In this document: positions 7,149 to 15,913 of the stretch, in pieces
How positions within the stretch are numbered: the first letter of the stretch is position 1
Layout: each line of letters starts with the position of its first letter
Assembly (NCBI GenBank): GCA_964518755.1
Contig: CAZFHH010000003.1
Span: 1 to 55,879, forward strand
From: an uncultured Candidatus Saccharibacteria bacterium
GTDB lineage: Bacteria > Patescibacteriota > Minisyncoccia > Phycocordibacterales > Phycocordibacteraceae
Length of the DNA: 55,879 nucleotides
Direction: 5' to 3'
Notes under the pieces: model-generated
Told to the model about the DNA's origin: nothing
The model's database searches: none
What the model saw: only the letters and a program-made list of their open reading frames with translations
Translations under genes and position numbers: made by a program

Positions 7149-9092
7149 TTATGAGATGTTGGCAACTGCAAAATCCAACTCTCTTTCAGGTACGCGGGCC
7201 GCGATGAGCTTTACGCGTACGGGATCACCAAGTGTATATGCTTTCTTTGTTCGTTGTCCGACAAGGCGATAGTGTGCGGAATCATATTCAAAATAATCAT
7301 CACCAAGCAGAGTTATGCGCACCATGCCGTCTGCATGAGTTGTGTTTTCTTCCACGTATATACCGCGTTCGGTTACGCCGGAAATCACCGCATCAAATTC
7401 ATCGCCCACGTGTGGAGCAAGAAATTCAACCTGTTTCATTTTTATGGAGTCACGTTCCGCGTGGGTGGCGGCAACTTCTCTCTCGGAGCTATGTATGGCG
7501 ACTTCTTCAAGCCCGTCCAAATCTTTTTGCGGTATACGAGAATTTTCCGTGTAATATTTTAGCATGCGGTGAATGAGCATGTCGGGATAGCGACGAATTG
7601 GTGAAGTAAAGTGTGTGTAGTTTGCAAACGCAAGCCCGAAATGGCCGATATTTTTTGTAGTGTATATTGCCTTTGCCATAGACCGCAATATGGCGGTTTT
7701 AATAAGATACTCTTCCGGCGTTCCTTTTGATTTTTCAATAATCGCATTAAGATCCGTTCCTTTTACTTTGCCGGCATGTGTATCAAGATGATATCCCATG
7801 ACGCGCAAAAATAACGAAAGGTTTTCAATTCGGTCAGGGTCCGGGGAATCGTGAACACGATACACGAAGCTGTGCGATAGCCCTCTTTTTTTTGCTTCTG
7901 TAGAGAGTTTTTGCGCGACCTCGGTATTTGCCAGAAGCATAAAATCTTCAACAAGCAGGTTGGTGTCATGTCGTTCCTTAAGGTGTATGGCAATCGGTTT
8001 GCCGGTATCGTCAAGTTCAATTTTTACTTCTGCGGTATCAAACTCAATTGCACCCGACGCCACTCTGGCGATACGAATATTTTTTGCGATGTTATTGAGA
8101 GTTTTCAATTCTTTCGCAAAATCTCCACTACCGCTTTCAAGCGATTTTTGTGCGTCTTCATAAGTAAATCTTCTGTTGGAATTGATTATTGTTTTTCCAA
8201 ACCAACGTTCATGCACGTTGCCTTGAGTGTCAAGCACAAAGACCGCGGATACGGCGAGGCGGTCTACATCTTGCCTAAGTGAGCAGAGATCATTTGATAG
8301 TATTTCCGGGAGCATCGGGATGGTGCGGTCAACGAGATAAACGCTTGTAGACCGGCTCTTTGCTTCAGCATCAATTGCCGTTCCGTCTGTAACAAAGAAA
8401 GACACATCTGCGATGTGTATGCCTATTTCAACTTTCCCGTCGGGTAGCATTCGTACGGATAGTGCGTCGTCAAAATCTTTCGCATCATTGGGGTCAATGG
8501 TGAAGGTGGTGGTGTCGCGGAAATCGCGGCGCGTGGCGCCGGCGATTTCCGCGACAATACGATCACCGCCCTCTTTTTCAATAATGTTTGCCTCTTTGAC
8601 TACATTGTCGGGAAATGAAGGATTAAACCCTTCACCCAATGCAAGCGCTCGCATCTCTGTTTCGTGTACACCTGCGGTACCGATGTCTTCTTCAACCGTT
8701 GCGGTAGGGAATTCATCGTGCGGGTTCCAATGTGCAAAGCGAACAAGTACTTTTTGTCCCATATCTGGATGTTCTCCGGAGATGATGAACGGTGTGTACA
8801 TTCTCTTCATGTCCGGGATAAGCATTGTACGCCCATTCTCTTCACTTAGTGTTCCAACAAAAGTATCGCGCGCGCGCTTCAAAACGGAAATGACTTTTCC
8901 GTTGGCTCGTCCTCTGGTGAAGCCATCTTTTGCGACGCGCACAGTGTCATGTGGCAACGCGGTTCCAAGCGATTCGCGCGGAATTAAAAGGTCTTCCTTT
9001 CCTTCACCGATTGAAAAAAACCCCGTTCCGCGAGCGGTGATAATTATAGTCCCTTCATAGTATGCACTTTTCCCTTTGCCGGATTCATTCAT
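7149..9092 (-). CDS. rnr: Ribonuclease R (RNB-family 3'-5' exoribonuclease with a C-terminal S1 domain)
   Basis: FTIDPNDAKDFDDALS, HIADVSFFV, VYLVDRTIPMLPE, HFGLAFANYTHFTSPIRRYPD, and an S1-like VGDEFDAVISGVTERGIYV. Start set at MNESGKG (9092); the upstream 121 codons look non-coding and overlap the divergent gene. Confidence 0.9.
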   Translation of the reverse strand: MNESGKGKSAYYEGTIIITARGTGFFSIGEGKEDLLIPRESLGTALPHDTVRVAKDGFTRGRANGKVISVLKRARDTFVGTLSEENGRTMLIPDMKRMYTPFIISGEHPDMGQKVLVRFAHWNPHDEFPTATVEEDIGTAGVHETEMRALALGEGFNPSFPDNVVKEANIIEKEGGDRIVAEIAGATRRDFRDTTTFTIDPNDAKDFDDALSVRMLPDGKVEIGIHIADVSFFVTDGTAIDAEAKSRSTSVYLVDRTIPMLPEILSNDLCSLRQDVDRLAVSAVFVLDTQGNVHERWFGKTIINSNRRFTYEDAQKSLESGSGDFAKELKTLNNIAKNIRIARVASGAIEFDTAEVKIELDDTGKPIAIHLKERHDTNLLVEDFMLLANTEVAQKLSTEAKKRGLSHSFVYRVHDSPDPDRIENLSLFLRVMGYHLDTHAGKVKGTDLNAIIEKSKGTPEEYLIKTAILRSMAKAIYTTKNIGHFGLAFANYTHFTSPIRRYPDMLIHRMLKYYTENSRIPQKDLDGLEEVAIHSSEREVAATHAERDSIKMKQVEFLAPHVGDEFDAVISGVTERGIYVEENTTHADGMVRITLLGDDYFEYDSAHYRLVGQRTKKAYTLGDPVRVKLIAARVPERELDFAVANIS

Positions 9093-9234
9093 GTGTAACT
9101 CCACTGTACCAGTAGTACAAGTAAAGAGCAATTTGCGGGAAGGTGCCTTTGTTGCGTGTTTTTTGAAATAATCCACAGGCTCAATTGTTGCATTTTGTTG
9201 TGGGTGTAGTTTATAGTCAGAGTAAGACTTTATT

Positions 9235-9816
9235 ATGGCAATGCCCCCAACATGGTTTACGCGATATTTTAAAACAAAAACAATGTCGCGTCCCCATTCC
9301 TCATTGCCAAAGACTAGGCGTGACCGCTTAAAATATTTTCTATGGCGCACGTATGCTCCCGCACATCCGCATGTTCGCAATGGCTTGACCGCCTGCAAAT
9401 TAATACGACACAGTGGTCGGCAACCATTTTTGCTTGGGCACCTTGCACCGCGCACCTCGCTTGAAACTTTTATTAAAAAAGTGGAGGCGATGGGATATCA
9501 TAATCATTTCTTAGCATGGAAAGATGATGATGAAGTTGTCAGTCTGCGCTTGTCTGATGGATTTACACATCAATATCACCTGAGGGTTTTTAATGACGGG
9601 GAAGTGCGCGGGCATTATGAATATGCTCCGGAGGCATATCCCATAGCACACCTTGTCAGAGTACACTTTTTTGATACACGAGAGTTTTTCTTGCAACAAT
9701 TTCAAAAATATATCATACCGGCATACGAGCCCATTGAAGAAGACAGGCCATTTTTGGTGTATACTCGCGCGTTCATTTGTTTTTTCTATCGTCGCAAACA
9801 CAGGCGGAATAAGTAA
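9235..9816 (+). CDS. Hypothetical protein (start uncertain: 9235, 9283 or later)
   Basis: 193-aa ORF whose stop codon is embedded in a strong hairpin at 9813..9867. I recognised no family. Confidence 0.5.
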   Translation: MAMPPTWFTRYFKTKTMSRPHSSLPKTRRDRLKYFLWRTYAPAHPHVRNGLTACKLIRHSGRQPFLLGHLAPRTSLETFIKKVEAMGYHNHFLAWKDDDEVVSLRLSDGFTHQYHLRVFNDGEVRGHYEYAPEAYPIAHLVRVHFFDTREFFLQQFQKYIIPAYEPIEEDRPFLVYTRAFICFFYRRKHRRNK

Positions 9817-9867
9817 AACACCAGGCAAGGCACACTGTTTAGCAGTGCGCCTTGCCTGGTGTTTTAC
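9813..9867 (+). terminator. Terminator hairpin, 19-bp perfect outer stem
   Basis: GTAAAACACCAGGCAAGGC ... GCCTTGCCTGGTGTTTTAC. Confidence 0.7.
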
Positions 9868-9922
9868 TTAGCAGTGTGTCATACTGATTTTATAAGGCCT
9901 TGGGGCCTTTTCACTTTATATT

Positions 9923-11725
9923 ATGGATATCAAAAACATTGCCATCATCGCACACGTCGACCACGGGAAGACCACTCTTACCGATGCTTTACTGCGTCAG
10001 ACTGGAGCAATCGGAGAGGGGGTTTCAATGGACAGTAACACTCTTGAGCAGGAGCGTGGTATTACCATTTATTCAAAAAATGCGTCCATAATGTACAAAG
10101 ATACGAAAATAAATATCGTTGACACTCCCGGGCACGCAGATTTCGGCTCGGAAGTTGAGCGTGTATTGCGCTCCATTGATTCGGTCCTCTTGGTTGTGGA
10201 TGCGCAGGAGGGTCCGATGCCACAAACGCGCTTTGTGTTGAAAAAATCACTGGAGCTTGGTCTCAAGCCAATCGTGGTGATAAATAAAATAGATAAGCCG
10301 GCAGCGGATCCTCAAATGTGTGAGGTGTCGGTATTGGAACTTTTTCTTGAACTTGGGGCGTCAGATGAGCAGGCGAATTTTCCAATAGTGTATGCAATCG
10401 GTCGCGAAGGTATTGCAAAACGAAAGGTTGAAGACGATTCGAAGGATTTAACCCCGTTGCTTGATGCGATTCTTGAATATGTACCGTCTGCCGCAACAGC
10501 CGAGAACATTGCGCTTCCGTTGCGATTGCAGCCGTTTAATCTCGCGTATGATAATTTCTTGGGTCGCATGGCGGTTGCGCGCATTTATGATGGCGTAGTG
10601 CACTCCGGTGATGCGGTGTATATCAGCAATCCGAACAAAGAGCCAAGAAACGGGAAAATAACAAAACTGTTTACATTCAGTGGGCTGTCACGCACAGAAG
10701 GAAAGGAAGCCAGCGCCGGCGATATCGTACTTCTTGCGGGAATGCCGGACATTGAAATAGGGGAAACGATTTCACTGCAACAAGATGTGGAGATACTTCC
10801 GATTATTGCGGTTGATGAGCCGACCATCTCTCTTTCATTTTTAGTAAATAATTCTCCATTTTCCGGACGCGAGGGGAAATATGTAACTACACGACAAATT
10901 CGTGATTATTTGGAGCGCGAGCTTGAGATTAACGTTGGGTTACGTGTTGATTTTTCCGCGGGAGATTATTTTACGGTTTCCGGACGTGGCGGATTGCATA
11001 TTGCTATTCTTATTGAGAACATGCGTAGAGCCGGATATGAGTTGCAGGTTTCTCAACCGCAAGTTATTTTTCATGAGGAAGGCGGAAAGAAAACAGAGCC
11101 GTTTGAAAAAGTGATCGTGGATGTTCCTTCACAATATCAAGGTTCTGTTATTGAGCGCTTGAGCACGCGCGGGCTTGTTATGTCAGGGATGGAAGATAAC
11201 GGAGCAACCGTGCGACTAACATTTGAAGGACCTACGCGTGGATTGCTCGGGTATCGTACTCAATTTGTTATTGATACAAAGGGCGAAGGAATTCTTTCTT
11301 CGCGCGTTATCGGGTTTAAGCCGTACGCGGGCGAAATAAGCAAGCGTTCGGCCGGGTCAATGGTATCTATGGCGACTGGCAAAGCGCTCGGTTATTCTCT
11401 TTGGGGCCTGCAAGACCGGGGAGTACTTTACATTACTCCTGCGACAGAGGTATATGAGGGGCAGGTAATTGGAAATACCGCAAAGGGTGAGGACATGACA
11501 GTAAACCCCACAAAGAATAAAAATCTCACAAACATACGCTCTTCCGGGTCTGACGATGCCATTACGCTTATTCCGCCATATGAGCTTACCATTGAACGCG
11601 GGTTGGAAATTATGTCAGAAGATGAATATCTGGAAATAACACCCAAAAGCATACGTTTGCGTAAAAAATTTCTTACCGATTCTGGCAGGGCGAAGGCTAG
11701 GCGCGCTCCGAACGCTAAAAAATAA
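9923..11725 (+). CDS. typA: Translational GTPase TypA/BipA
   Basis: [33 protein letters not shown]; 600 aa with EF-G-like domain order. Confidence 0.9.
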   Translation: MDIKNIAIIAHVDHGKTTLTDALLRQTGAIGEGVSMDSNTLEQERGITIYSKNASIMYKDTKINIVDTPGHADFGSEVERVLRSIDSVLLVVDAQEGPMPQTRFVLKKSLELGLKPIVVINKIDKPAADPQMCEVSVLELFLELGASDEQANFPIVYAIGREGIAKRKVEDDSKDLTPLLDAILEYVPSAATAENIALPLRLQPFNLAYDNFLGRMAVARIYDGVVHSGDAVYISNPNKEPRNGKITKLFTFSGLSRTEGKEASAGDIVLLAGMPDIEIGETISLQQDVEILPIIAVDEPTISLSFLVNNSPFSGREGKYVTTRQIRDYLERELEINVGLRVDFSAGDYFTVSGRGGLHIAILIENMRRAGYELQVSQPQVIFHEEGGKKTEPFEKVIVDVPSQYQGSVIERLSTRGLVMSGMEDNGATVRLTFEGPTRGLLGYRTQFVIDTKGEGILSSRVIGFKPYAGEISKRSAGSMVSMATGKALGYSLWGLQDRGVLYITPATEVYEGQVIGNTAKGEDMTVNPTKNKNLTNIRSSGSDDAITLIPPYELTIERGLEIMSEDEYLEITPKSIRLRKKFLTDSGRAKARRAPNAKK

Positions 11726-11736
11726 ACTTTATCTTT

Positions 11737-12147
11737 CTAAGATAATATACTTGCCCCATCAAAAATTTCTAACCAGCCGTTATGTAGCCAAAGACAAATA
11801 TCCTCATAAAAATGATTTTCCGGTACGGGTTTTTTATTTAGAACAATTCTAATATCTTTATTATTGACTAATTTTAAACCCATAACAAAAGATATCTCTG
11901 CAAATACAGCAGGACCAATATAACCTTCCATATTATTTTTATATTCATTGGCTACAAAAAGAATATCAGTTTCGTTCAATGCTTTATAAAAATCTTTATG
12001 AACTGAAGGGAATTTTTCTAAAAAATCATTACCTTTTATCTGTCTTGGATAATTCAAAATTTCAAAACCTCGGTTTTGAAAATAGCTCAACCATTTGTTT
12101 ATTTCATCTCTCAAAGAGGAGCTCCCTGAAATCACGATTTTTTTCAT
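11737..12147 (-). CDS. Nucleoside 2-deoxyribosyltransferase-like (Rossmann-like) protein, in an AT-rich islet
   Basis: MKKIVISGSSS ... DILFVANEYKNNMEGYIGPAVFAEISFVMG resembles the PF05014-type pattern (beta1 G-S, acidic/aromatic GY.G...E motif). The gene is about 30% GC by eye, versus about 45% in the flanks. Confidence 0.4.
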   Translation of the reverse strand: MKKIVISGSSSLRDEINKWLSYFQNRGFEILNYPRQIKGNDFLEKFPSVHKDFYKALNETDILFVANEYKNNMEGYIGPAVFAEISFVMGLKLVNNKDIRIVLNKKPVPENHFYEDICLWLHNGWLEIFDGASILS

Positions 12148-12307
12148 AAATTTATATAATTTCCAACCTGCCTTCCATAGTTAATTTTATTTCTATTTCC
12201 TTAAATTAGTCCCTGAATCTTGTGCTACCGGATGATGTTATTATTTCTCGCTCCATACTTTCTATTTTAACAGAATTTCTGAAATAGAAAAATACTGTAA
12301 ACCCATA

Positions 12308-12375
12308 CCGGACACAATATCGGACATCGCACAATATCGGACATCGGATGTCCGATATTGTGTCCGGTATTGTGT
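12308..12375. repeat. Compound palindrome with a CGGACAT core: two direct copies of CACAATATCGGACATC plus one inverted copy
   Basis: CCGGACACAATATCGGACATC g CACAATATCGGACATC g GATGTCCGATATTGTGTCCGG tattgtgt. Confidence 0.9.
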
Positions 12376-12383
12376 AGCCGGGG

Positions 12384-12429
12384 AGCCCTGCGAGCGGTCC
12401 GCCCGGGCGGACCGCTCGCAGGGCTTTTT
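12384..12429 (+). terminator. Orphan plus-strand terminator: 21-bp perfect GC-rich stem followed by TTTT
   Basis: AGCCCTGCGAGCGGTCCGCCC/GGGCGGACCGCTCGCAGGGCT then ttttta. No plus-strand ORF lies immediately upstream; the nearest is typA, which ends at 11725. Confidence 0.5.
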
Positions 12430-12526
12430 ATACCGTGGTATGTATGGTCTCGTTGCGTATTGCGTATTGTACCGGCACTGTTATACTTATAAATGTTATT
12501 AGCATACGTAGTAAATTTATAATTTT

Positions 12527-13246
12527 ATGAATTCAGAAAAACAAGATAGGTATCTTACCCCTATTGCATTGGTTGCGGGTGCAATCATAATCGGAGGGGC
12601 TCTTTATTTTGGGCACTCAGGAGCGGGTGGCACGGCAGCTAAACAGCCGGCAAGCCCGCAACAGGCACCCTCTGCGCAAGCTGTGAACGCAAACGATGTG
12701 AAGATAGCCGGTAGCCCGTATATTGGTAATAAAAACGCACCGGCGGTTCTCATTGAGTGGTTTGATTATCAATGCCCGTTTTGCAAACTGTTTGAAACAA
12801 ACACTATGCCGGAGTTGTATACAAATTATGTAAAGACCGGGAAGCTTAAAATAGTATTTAAAGATTTTGCATTTCTTGGTTCCGATTCGCAAACGGCGGC
12901 GGTATTTGCTCGTGCAGTGTGGGCTACGTATCCTGACAAATTCTATGTATGGTATCGTGCCATGTTCTCTGCACAAGACGGAGAGAATACCGGCTTCGGA
13001 GATTTGAACAGCATCGTTGCAATGACAAGAAAAATCCCCGGAATGAATACGGACAAAATTATTGCAACCATGAACAAAAATAAGAGCGTTTTTGAGGCGG
13101 ATGTCGCCTCTGACCGTGCACAGGGGCAGAAGCTAGGAATTCAAGGAACGCCAAGCGTGGTTATCGGTACACAGCTTATCGTAGGCGCCCAGCCGTACTC
13201 AAAATTCAGCAAGATAATTGACGCAGAAATTACCGCAAAGAAATAG
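12527..13246 (+). CDS. DsbA-family thiol:disulfide oxidoreductase, N-terminally membrane-anchored
   Basis: N-terminal TM helix, WFDYQCPFCKLFE (CxxC), GIQGTPSVVIG. Confidence 0.8.
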   Translation: MNSEKQDRYLTPIALVAGAIIIGGALYFGHSGAGGTAAKQPASPQQAPSAQAVNANDVKIAGSPYIGNKNAPAVLIEWFDYQCPFCKLFETNTMPELYTNYVKTGKLKIVFKDFAFLGSDSQTAAVFARAVWATYPDKFYVWYRAMFSAQDGENTGFGDLNSIVAMTRKIPGMNTDKIIATMNKNKSVFEADVASDRAQGQKLGIQGTPSVVIGTQLIVGAQPYSKFSKIIDAEITAKK

Positions 13247-13306
13247 TTTTCTTTGCGGTATGTTGAGTTATAGCACAATCCGCGCTTTGCGCGGATTGTG
13301 CTATAA
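13231..13306 (+). terminator. Two tandem terminator hairpins (13231..13260 and 13268..13306)
   Basis: TACCGCAAAGAAA/TTTCTTTGCGGTA spans the stop codon. It is followed by TTATAGCACAATCCGCGC/GCGCGGATTGTGCTATAA. Confidence 0.6.
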
Positions 13307-13338
13307 ATAAGGCATTATCATTTTAATTATTCTTGCCT

Positions 13339-13869
13339 ATGAACATCGTTGCCATCTCCGGGAGTTTGCGAAAGGGTTCTTATAACACTGCGCTGTTGCG
13401 TTACGCTCAAAAACACGCACCAAGCGGAATGGATATTTCTATTTTTGATATCTCTGTTTTGCCACTATACAATCAAGATGCCGAAGCGACATTTCCGGTA
13501 TCGGCACAGAAGCTTAAGGATGCCGTAGAACTATCAGACGGAATTATTATCGCCACACCGGAATTTAACAGATCAATACCGGGAGCACTCAAAAGCGCTA
13601 TTGATTGGTCGTCACGTCCGTGGGGAAAGAATTCTTTTGCGGAAAAGAATGTGTTGGTGTTAGGTGCGTCTGTCGGACAGTATGGAACTATTGTTGCGCA
13701 ACAGCATCTAAAGATGATATTGTCATTTCTTGGGGCTCGTGTGATTGGGCAACCGGAGTTTTATCTTTCAAATGCCACACAAAAGTTTGACGAGGGCGGG
13801 GAGCTTATTGACGAGGTGTCGGTGAAATTTCTCGGGCAGGCACTTGAAACATTGGCGAATAGGGTATAG
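13339..13869 (+). CDS. NAD(P)H-dependent FMN reductase family oxidoreductase
   Basis: MNIVAISGSLRKGSYNT ... IIATPEFNRSIPGALKSAIDW. Confidence 0.8.
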   Translation: MNIVAISGSLRKGSYNTALLRYAQKHAPSGMDISIFDISVLPLYNQDAEATFPVSAQKLKDAVELSDGIIIATPEFNRSIPGALKSAIDWSSRPWGKNSFAEKNVLVLGASVGQYGTIVAQQHLKMILSFLGARVIGQPEFYLSNATQKFDEGGELIDEVSVKFLGQALETLANRV

Positions 13870-13913
13870 CTTTCCGGTGATATCTTCCCGTCCGGGAAGA
13901 TATCACCGGAAAG
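13870..13913. terminator. Bidirectional terminator hairpin, 20-bp stem
   Basis: CTTTCCGGTGATATCTTCCC-gtcc-GGGAAGATATCACCGGAAAG, between convergent genes. Confidence 0.7.
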
Positions 13914-13925
13914 GGCTTAAATAAG

Positions 13926-14543
13926 TCAAATAATTTCCCCTTCGTGTTCCGCAGTCATTTTCTTCCAATGGCGGTGACCAACATAAAACAATATGCCTAT
14001 GAGTAATACGAGAATTGGAAACCTCCAGTAACCCAAGATATGTAATGTGTACGTACCAAACAAAAACGAAAGTGTGGCAAGTGCTGTTGACCATATCGTG
14101 GCGGAGAGTATTGAAATGGATATGAATGTAGGAAATGGAACGCGAAAGAAACCGCATGTCAAATAAAGTGCAAAACGGAAACCGGGCATAAAGCGTGTTG
14201 TAAAGAGTGTTGCCTTCGGGCTCCTTGTGATAAGCGAGCGTAATGGGGCGGCGTGCCTGTGTTCAACTATATTTCGTGCTATGTTGTGATGAATTGCAAG
14301 GCGTCCGATACCATATGCAAATAAGTCGCTTGTTACCACGCCCACAATGAGCAATCCAATTCCAACATGTAGCGGGAAATGGTTGCTTGCAGAGAGTATG
14401 CCGACAAAAGCAATAGTGATATCCTCAAGAAATAAAGAGCCTATGATAATTACAAGTGATAATATCCAAAATGAATGTGCCGCCTCAACAAGGTGGCTGT
14501 ATAGCAATGGTGATAATGGCATATATCTTAGCATACCGCACAA
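13926..14543 (-). CDS. DedA/VTT-domain membrane protein
   Basis: Polytopic; FLEDITIAFVGIL, LFAYGIGRL, TRFMPGFR are typical of the DedA family. Confidence 0.7.
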   Translation of the reverse strand: MCGMLRYMPLSPLLYSHLVEAAHSFWILSLVIIIGSLFLEDITIAFVGILSASNHFPLHVGIGLLIVGVVTSDLFAYGIGRLAIHHNIARNIVEHRHAAPLRSLITRSPKATLFTTRFMPGFRFALYLTCGFFRVPFPTFISISILSATIWSTALATLSFLFGTYTLHILGYWRFPILVLLIGILFYVGHRHWKKMTAEHEGEII

Positions 14544-14603
14544 TGAGTGCGTTTGTTATACGGAGGGCAATTCAGTCGGCGAACAAATAGTTTTATCGTG
14601 CGT

Positions 14604-15209
14604 ATGAATATACGACGGAATCAGCAAGAAGGGGCTGTAAACCAATCCGATGTGTCGGATGAGACGCTGGTAGCGCACGCCGTTACAGACAAAAAACAAT
14701 TTGCCAATTTAATTGAGAGATATGAAAAACCGCTTTTCCGTTATTTGTATCGTTGCGGTGTGGCAACGCAGGAAGACAGAGAAGATATATTACAAAATGT
14801 ATTTATGAGTGTATATAGAAACATACATCAATTTGATGTGAATCTATCATTTTCTTCGTGGATATACCGCATTACGCACAATGAGGCGATGACATTTTTT
14901 AGAAAGAAAAAAGCGCGCCCTGAAATACGTTTAGATGGCAAATGTGAATCATGGATTAATATGGTGCGTGATGAGACCGCCGACACAAGTTCAGTGACGC
15001 GCAAGCGGCTTTCTTCAGAGATTGTTTCTCGTGAGCTTAGTCGACTTCCAAAGCCATACCGTGACATATTGGTGCTTCGTTTTTTTGAAGATCGTTCTTA
15101 CAGAGAGATTTCTGATATTCTTACAATGCCGATGGGGACCGTCTCAACAACCGTTCACCGCGCCAAGCGAGCGCTTGGCGAGCGCTTGGCGCGGTACACA
15201 CTTAATTAA
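14604..15209 (+). CDS. ECF-type RNA polymerase sigma-70 family factor
   Basis: Region 2: DILQNVFMSVYRNIHQFD..FSSWIYRITHNEAMTFFRKKK. Region 4: YRDILVLRFFEDRSYREISDILTMPMGTVSTTVHRAKRAL. Confidence 0.85.
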   Translation: MNIRRNQQEGAVNQSDVSDETLVAHAVTDKKQFANLIERYEKPLFRYLYRCGVATQEDREDILQNVFMSVYRNIHQFDVNLSFSSWIYRITHNEAMTFFRKKKARPEIRLDGKCESWINMVRDETADTSSVTRKRLSSEIVSRELSRLPKPYRDILVLRFFEDRSYREISDILTMPMGTVSTTVHRAKRALGERLARYTLN

Positions 15210-15223
15210 TCATACTCAATATT

Positions 15224-15913
15224 ATGAAACCGCATAATTTTTCATCACATTCAAATATGGAAACTTCATTTGCAAAAAAAGTCTTGCGCAAGATAGACGA
15301 TGAGCACATCGTCCCGCGACCCAGGTGGATATTTTTATTGCGCAATAGACTTCTGTGGGCTTTTGCATTCTTGGCAGTGCTTGTGGCTTCTGTTGCAACA
15401 GCCGCAGTGTTGTTCGTGCTTGTGCACATGGACTGGCAACATGCGCTGATTACGCACAAAACGTGGATGGGTTTTCTGATGGATGCGCTTCCGTTTATGT
15501 GGTTTGGAATCCTTGTGTTATTTTCAGCAATAGGCTATGCACACATACGCATAACTTCTTATGGATATCGTTATCCACTTATTTTTTCTATCATCGGTAT
15601 TATCGTTGCTGTGTGCGGGCTCGGTATAGTCTTTTTCATGAGTGGGTTGGGGCGAGTTCTTGAAGAAAATGCACACACTTATCTCCCATGGTATGAATCT
15701 GTACTATATGAAAAGCAGTCATGGTTAGACAACCAGTATGATGGTCTTCTGCTTGATGCAATTGCCATGGAGTATAAGACGGACAGCTTAGGAGCTCGCC
15801 AGTTTTACCACCGCATAAATAAACAAGACGCCAAAGATGGTTGCATACGTGGTAAAGCGAGTCGGGTGAGAATGGTAGCTTTCCGGAATGAGGTCGCTTG
15901 CCCCAAGGTATAG
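15224..15913 (+). CDS. Membrane protein co-transcribed with the ECF sigma factor (candidate anti-sigma factor)
   Basis: Starts 15 nt after the sigma stop. Cytoplasmic N-terminus followed by about 4 TM helices. The call rests on position only; no zf-HC2 motif is present. Confidence 0.35.
   Translation: MKPHNFSSHSNMETSFAKKVLRKIDDEHIVPRPRWIFLLRNRLLWAFAFLAVLVASVATAAVLFVLVHMDWQHALITHKTWMGFLMDALPFMWFGILVLFSAIGYAHIRITSYGYRYPLIFSIIGIIVAVCGLGIVFFMSGLGRVLEENAHTYLPWYESVLYEKQSWLDNQYDGLLLDAIAMEYKTDSLGARQFYHRINKQDAKDGCIRGKASRVRMVAFRNEVACPKV

Noticed and set aside
9093-9455. The 121-codon N-terminal extension of the RNase R ORF (ORF track 7149..9455)
   Set aside because: - The extension is Cys/Arg-rich and not protein-like.
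- It overlaps the divergent gene at 9235.
- The homology-like sequence begins at MNESGKG (9092), just before the cold-shock-like domain.
12308-12375. The short direct repeats here, and at 34206..34271, 35084..35119 and 54518..54585, as possible CRISPR arrays
   Set aside because: - Each has only 2-3 units with no unique spacers of regular length.
- The units are halves of palindromes or simple tandem repeats.
- No cas genes are present.
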